Origin: an uncultured Candidatus Saccharibacteria bacterium
GTDB taxonomy: Bacteria > Patescibacteriota > Minisyncoccia > Phycocordibacterales > UBA9973
Direction: 5' to 3'
DNA: 64,000 bases
Assembly (NCBI GenBank): GCA_964623415.1
Contig: CAZUUH010000001.1
Span: 1,305-65,304, forward strand
Shown here: piece by piece, positions 60,046 through 64,000 of the stretch
Position numbering within the stretch: position 1 is the first letter of the stretch
How the letters are laid out: every line of letters begins with the position of its first letter
Notes under the pieces: model-generated
What the model was told of the DNA's origin: nothing
Database searches by the model: none
The model's input: only the letters and a program-made list of their open reading frames with translations
Made by a program: the position numbers and the translations under genes

Positions 60046-61323
60046 TTATTTAGCTAATAAAATTTCGACAGCTTTTTCTAATTGAGGATCTAATTTATTT
60101 TTAATATCATTTTCTGTAATAATAACTTTATAATCTGGTTCGAGACCTTGCAATGAAATAGAATTACCATTTGGAGTTAGCCAATTTGCTACTGTTACTT
60201 TTATAGAAGTATCCTCGGTAATTTTTACAAGTTCTTGGACAGAACCCTTACCGTAAGTTTTATCTCCCACAAGAGTAGCTACTCCATGCTCACGTAAAGC
60301 ACCAGCTAATATCTCTGAAGCAGAAGCTGATCCTCCATCTACCAATACAACAATACCTAAGTTTTTGTTAAACAATCTTGGACCACGGCTTCTATATATT
60401 TTATCTTTTCTTACATCTCCAAAATCTTCTTTTAGAATAGTTTCTCCTTCATCTATAAACCAAGAACCTATAGTAACTGCTGCCTCTAAATATCCACCGG
60501 GGTTACCTCTTAAATCAATAATTAATTTATTAGATTTTGACTTAATAAATTCAACAAGAGCATCCCTAAACAATGAAGGTGAATTTTCTGAAAAACTATA
60601 CAAACTTATTACAAACACGCCATCATTTCTTAATTTTGCATCAATTGTTGGTATCTGAACTCTATCTCTTGTAATAGATATTTCTCTTGTTTTATTCTCC
60701 CCTACACGAACAATAGTAAGTACGACAGTAGTTCCTCTTGGTCCACGAATAAGTTCCACTGCTTTATTCTCAGAAATATTTTCAGTTGAAATATTATCTA
60801 TTTTTAAAACCTTATCTCCAGGTTTCAAACCAGCATTCCAAGCTGGAGTGTCTTTAAGTGGAGCTATTATAGTTAAAACCTTATCTTTTATTCCAATTTC
60901 TGCTCCAATACCCTCAAATGAGCCTAAGACCTCTTCTTTAAATGCCTTATCTTCTTCAGGTGGAAAGAAAACTGTGTAGGGATCATTTAAAGATGAAGCG
61001 AGCCCAGATATTGCTCCCCAAATTCTTTCATCGTCAGAAGTTTTGTCGCTATAGATAGATTTTTCATTAAGAACATTCCAAGCTTTCCAAAAAATACTAA
61101 AGTCTGCTGTTGTGTTGGTTTGTGGTTGTTTATTAATTACAGAACCAACCTTATCTATATCTGATCGATGGTAATAACCTATATAAATACCAATACTTAA
61201 AATAGCTCCAATTATAACAAGTGAAGTTAAAACATAAATAACTAAATTAGATAATTTAAACTTTTTTAAACTTGAAAAAAAATTTTTATTAATATTAAAT
61301 ATTTTTATTTTTGAAATTTTCAT
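60046..61323 (-). CDS. ctpA: Carboxyl-terminal processing protease (S41 family)
   Basis: PDZ domain (GLKPGDKVLKIDN) and the catalytic VVLVDGGSASASEILAGAL region. Confidence 0.85.
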   Translation of the reverse strand: MKISKIKIFNINKNFFSSLKKFKLSNLVIYVLTSLVIIGAILSIGIYIGYYHRSDIDKVGSVINKQPQTNTTADFSIFWKAWNVLNEKSIYSDKTSDDERIWGAISGLASSLNDPYTVFFPPEEDKAFKEEVLGSFEGIGAEIGIKDKVLTIIAPLKDTPAWNAGLKPGDKVLKIDNISTENISENKAVELIRGPRGTTVVLTIVRVGENKTREISITRDRVQIPTIDAKLRNDGVFVISLYSFSENSPSLFRDALVEFIKSKSNKLIIDLRGNPGGYLEAAVTIGSWFIDEGETILKEDFGDVRKDKIYRSRGPRLFNKNLGIVVLVDGGSASASEILAGALREHGVATLVGDKTYGKGSVQELVKITEDTSIKVTVANWLTPNGNSISLQGLEPDYKVIITENDIKNKLDPQLEKAVEILLAK

Positions 61324-61332
61324 AATATATTT

Positions 61333-62571
61333 TTATTCTTCAGAAGGTCCCAAAAGAGCTTCTTTTGTATATCTATTGCTTGGATCCCAAAGCATCCAAG
61401 AATCAATACCATTATCGTAAACAGCCTTAATTTGAGCTCTTATCATATCCTTAGTATATGTTGCCCCTAAATCAAAATCTTGTAACCATGGCCTAATCTC
61501 AGCTATTTTAGAGACACTTAGGAGCATTCCCTTGGCAATTCCACTCTCCAAAGCCCTATCTATAACCTCATATGGATATAGAGCTGGATTTGTATAACCA
61601 GCGTGACCTTTTGGATAATGAGATGGGTATACCATAGGGCATAAATAATCAAAATAAGGTAAAGCTCTTTCCCATACTTGGCCTATACCCATATCATCCC
61701 AAGCTTCAGTTGTTAGACCAAAAACATCTCCAGAAATAGGAATATCATTTTCTTTTTTAATTTCGGAAGATAAATATTTAAAGAATAACTCAATATTATC
61801 TGCACGAGTCATACCTTCTTTTAAATTATAATTTATATCTTTAATATTCCCATCAGATGGATATCTTATATAATCAAAATTTATCTCATCAAAACCTACA
61901 TCATAAGATTCCTTAGCAATTCTTAAAGTATAATCCCATACTTCTTGACTCGTTGGATCAAGGAATGATAAACCTTTTTTATCTTTCCAAACACCACCAT
62001 CACTTAGTTTCTTCACAGCCCACTCTGGTTTTAATTTAGTAAGATACGGGTCTTGAAAAACAGAAATTCTGCCTATTATATATATACCCTTAGAATGTAA
62101 AAGTGATGTAATCTCACGAATATTTTTAATACGTTTTTCTACACTACCTATCTCTTTAACAAGAGGATCATTCATTTCAAAAGCAACTCTCCCTGTTGAA
62201 TCTTTAATATCAATAACAACTGCATTTAGCTCTGTCTCATCTATCATTTTAAGAAGAGAGTTACGAAAATCTTTTGAACCAGCAACCCAAGATGACATAT
62301 ATAAAGCCTTTACCTTAAGAGGAGTCCCCATGTGGGTAACGGGTATTTCTAATTCCTTGTTTATTAACTCTTCTTTATCTGCAGATTCTGCTAGTTTTTG
62401 GTAATCAAATATTTCTACTTCTGTATTTTTAGTATTATTTAAATCATACTCAACTTTATTTACAGCAATTGGATATATTTCAGGTAATAAAAAATAAATA
62501 ACCCCTCCAGATAAAACTAAAATGAGGATAATAATTAAGAAATTTTTCTTGTGTATTTTTTTAAAAGACAT
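61333..62571 (-). CDS. Exported TIM-barrel glycoside-hydrolase-like (GHL family) protein
   Basis: N-terminal TM/signal segment. The VKALYMSSW...NAVVIDIKD pattern is typical of uncharacterised GH-like lipoprotein/TIM-barrel families. The assignment is tentative. Confidence 0.45.
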   Translation of the reverse strand: MSFKKIHKKNFLIIILILVLSGGVIYFLLPEIYPIAVNKVEYDLNNTKNTEVEIFDYQKLAESADKEELINKELEIPVTHMGTPLKVKALYMSSWVAGSKDFRNSLLKMIDETELNAVVIDIKDSTGRVAFEMNDPLVKEIGSVEKRIKNIREITSLLHSKGIYIIGRISVFQDPYLTKLKPEWAVKKLSDGGVWKDKKGLSFLDPTSQEVWDYTLRIAKESYDVGFDEINFDYIRYPSDGNIKDINYNLKEGMTRADNIELFFKYLSSEIKKENDIPISGDVFGLTTEAWDDMGIGQVWERALPYFDYLCPMVYPSHYPKGHAGYTNPALYPYEVIDRALESGIAKGMLLSVSKIAEIRPWLQDFDLGATYTKDMIRAQIKAVYDNGIDSWMLWDPSNRYTKEALLGPSEE

Positions 62572-62574
62572 ATT

Positions 62575-62790
62575 TTATTTGTTAATATCTATATTATCAA
62601 CGAAAGTCTTACTGCGTTCAGAATTATTGGCAATACGAATCTTTACTTCAAGATAAAACAAATAAGAAACATACATAATTAAAAACCCTGTAATAACAAA
62701 TAGAACTTTCCTCCAAGAATTTGGAAAACCTAAAAATGGTAAAATCATTACCCATAAACCTATAATAAATAAAGTTTTTTCTTTTCTCAT
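62575..62790 (-). CDS. Small hypothetical membrane protein (2 TM)
   Basis: Hydrophobic 71-aa ORF co-directional with its neighbours. Confidence 0.3.
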   Translation of the reverse strand: MRKEKTLFIIGLWVMILPFLGFPNSWRKVLFVITGFLIMYVSYLFYLEVKIRIANNSERSKTFVDNIDINK

Positions 62791-62808
62791 TATCTTATTA
62801 TATCTTAT

Positions 62809-63516
62809 TTATTTAGGCTCCACAATAACCACGAATTCACCTTTTTGTTTTTCTTTATTTTCTAAAAAATAATTCAGCAATTCTTCTGCTTTACCTGAAA
62901 CAAATTGCTCAAATTGTTTTGTTAATTCCCTACCAATAACAATATTTTTGTTAGGAGAATATATTTTCAAAGACTCAAGTGTTTTAATTATACGGTGAGT
63001 TGACTCGTAAAAAACATTTACTCTCTTTGAAGAAGCTATTTCTTTAAAGAGAGTTTCTCTGCCCTTTTTATGTGGCAAAAAACCCAAAAAAATAAATTCT
63101 GCAGAAGACACCCCGCTTGCACAAAGTGCTGTAACTAGTGCACTTGGACCAGGTATAGGAACAATTTTTGCATCTTTACCAAATGCTTTACGAATATTTG
63201 AAATAAGCATAACTCCTGGATCAGATATCGTTGGTGTACCTGCATCAGAAACCAGAGCAACATCTTTCCCGTCTTTAAGCATATTTATGATTCTTGATTC
63301 TCTTCCATCTGTAGCATGAGCATTGTAACTCATTGTAAGATTAGAAATACTGTATTTTTCAAGTAAAACTTTAGTTGTTCTTGTATCTTCACACAATACA
63401 ACATCAACTTCTTTAAGAATACGAAGAGCTCGAAGAGTAATATCTTCCAAATTTCCTATCGGTGTCGCAACTATATATAAAGTCCCTAAGTCTTCCATAA
63501 TTTTATTATAACACAA
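62809..63516 (-). CDS. rsmI: 16S rRNA (cytidine1402-2'-O)-methyltransferase
   Basis: LYIVATPIGNLEDITLRALRILKEVDVVLCEDTR is the RsmI (tetrapyrrole-methylase fold) N-terminus. Confidence 0.88.
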   Translation of the reverse strand: MCYNKIMEDLGTLYIVATPIGNLEDITLRALRILKEVDVVLCEDTRTTKVLLEKYSISNLTMSYNAHATDGRESRIINMLKDGKDVALVSDAGTPTISDPGVMLISNIRKAFGKDAKIVPIPGPSALVTALCASGVSSAEFIFLGFLPHKKGRETLFKEIASSKRVNVFYESTHRIIKTLESLKIYSPNKNIVIGRELTKQFEQFVSGKAEELLNYFLENKEKQKGEFVVIVEPK

Positions 63517-63518
63517 AA

Positions 63519-63550
63519 AAGGTGCTGACTTAGAGCCAGCACCTTCTCCT
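63519..63550 (-). terminator. Intrinsic terminator on the minus strand for the small ORF at 63562..63762 (aaggtgctg...cagcacctt then T-run on the minus strand)
   Basis: 9-bp stem, with A6 on the plus strand equal to T6 downstream on the minus strand. Confidence 0.55.
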
Positions 63551-63561
63551 ATAGATTAGTT

Positions 63562-63762
63562 TTATCCTAATTTCTTCTTTTTAGGGAATATACTCCTTAT
63601 CAGAGCTCCCGCAAAAAACAAAGTTACTAATGTTACGATTGCAAAGAAAATCGCAACGATTAAGTCTTTGTTAAATTCCTTAAAAACAATGCTACCAGTA
63701 TAAATACTAATAGCAAGACAACAAAAAGAAAAAGAAATTTTCTCTATTGTTTTCATGGTCAT
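63562..63762 (-). CDS. Small hypothetical membrane protein
   Basis: Two hydrophobic helices, followed by a terminator. Confidence 0.3.
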   Translation of the reverse strand: MTMKTIEKISFSFCCLAISIYTGSIVFKEFNKDLIVAIFFAIVTLVTLFFAGALIRSIFPKKKKLG

Positions 63763-63771
63763 TGGTTTTGG

Positions 63772-63972
63772 TTACAAAAAAATTCTATCTAAAAAAGAAT
63801 TTAGAACCATTGCATTCTCATTAAATGCTTGTTTTATTCTTCTAAAGAAGGTGTTCTTCTTTTTAGATTCCAACATCGTAAAAAACAATGTGGAAATTAC
63901 CATAATAATCCAAATTACACAAAAGAAATAAAATTCTTTTTTCTTTTGTAAAAAAATGGTTAAAGTAACCAT
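63772..63972 (-). CDS. Small hypothetical membrane protein (near the window edge)
   Basis: Hydrophobic 66-aa ORF. No homology recognised. Confidence 0.25.
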   Translation of the reverse strand: MVTLTIFLQKKKEFYFFCVIWIIMVISTLFFTMLESKKKNTFFRRIKQAFNENAMVLNSFLDRIFL

Positions 63973-64000
63973 TGAATTAAATCCCGCTATAAAAGTTCCT

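Overview
This is an AT-rich, gene-dense window of about 64 kb dominated by core housekeeping genes on both strands. The gene content and the compact arrangement suggest a small-genome bacterium, possibly Patescibacteria/CPR-like, but that is inference from style only.

Recognisable blocks, in order:
- infA-rpmJ-rpsM-rpsK-rpsD-rpoA-rplQ, fused directly to rplM-rpsI, then an intrinsic terminator.
- A heat-shock locus: grpE, a divergent PaaX-like wHTH regulator, then dnaK-dnaJ.
- A polyamine (spermidine) cluster: arginine decarboxylase, carboxy(nor)spermidine dehydrogenase and decarboxylase, and agmatinase, with asd and aspartokinase inside it. These two supply aspartate semialdehyde.
- cysS, recR, dnaB, trpS, aspS, scpAB.
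- A cell-wall block: mraY-ftsW-murG plus an M23 peptidase.
- tRNA-Leu(UAA), gatB, and a glycolysis/pentose-phosphate block (gap, rpiB, rpe, split transketolase, a PfkB kinase, class II fba).
- rplY, rpmE, prfA, an RRM protein, and tRNA-Ile(GAU) immediately upstream of a complete F1Fo ATP synthase operon.
- A minimal pyruvate kinase with a 2-hydroxyacid dehydrogenase, then rarA, rpmA, rplI, a Ctp protease and rsmI.
- Many clean intrinsic terminators.

No CRISPR array, transposase, integrase or phage genes were seen.

The most unusual item is a gene for a wHTH + Cas2-like-fold (PaaX-type) protein that is precisely bounded by a perfect 36-bp inverted repeat pair, embedded in the polyamine cluster. 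A paralog of this protein sits between grpE and dnaK where HrcA normally is, next to a palindromic operator that overlaps the dnaK -35.
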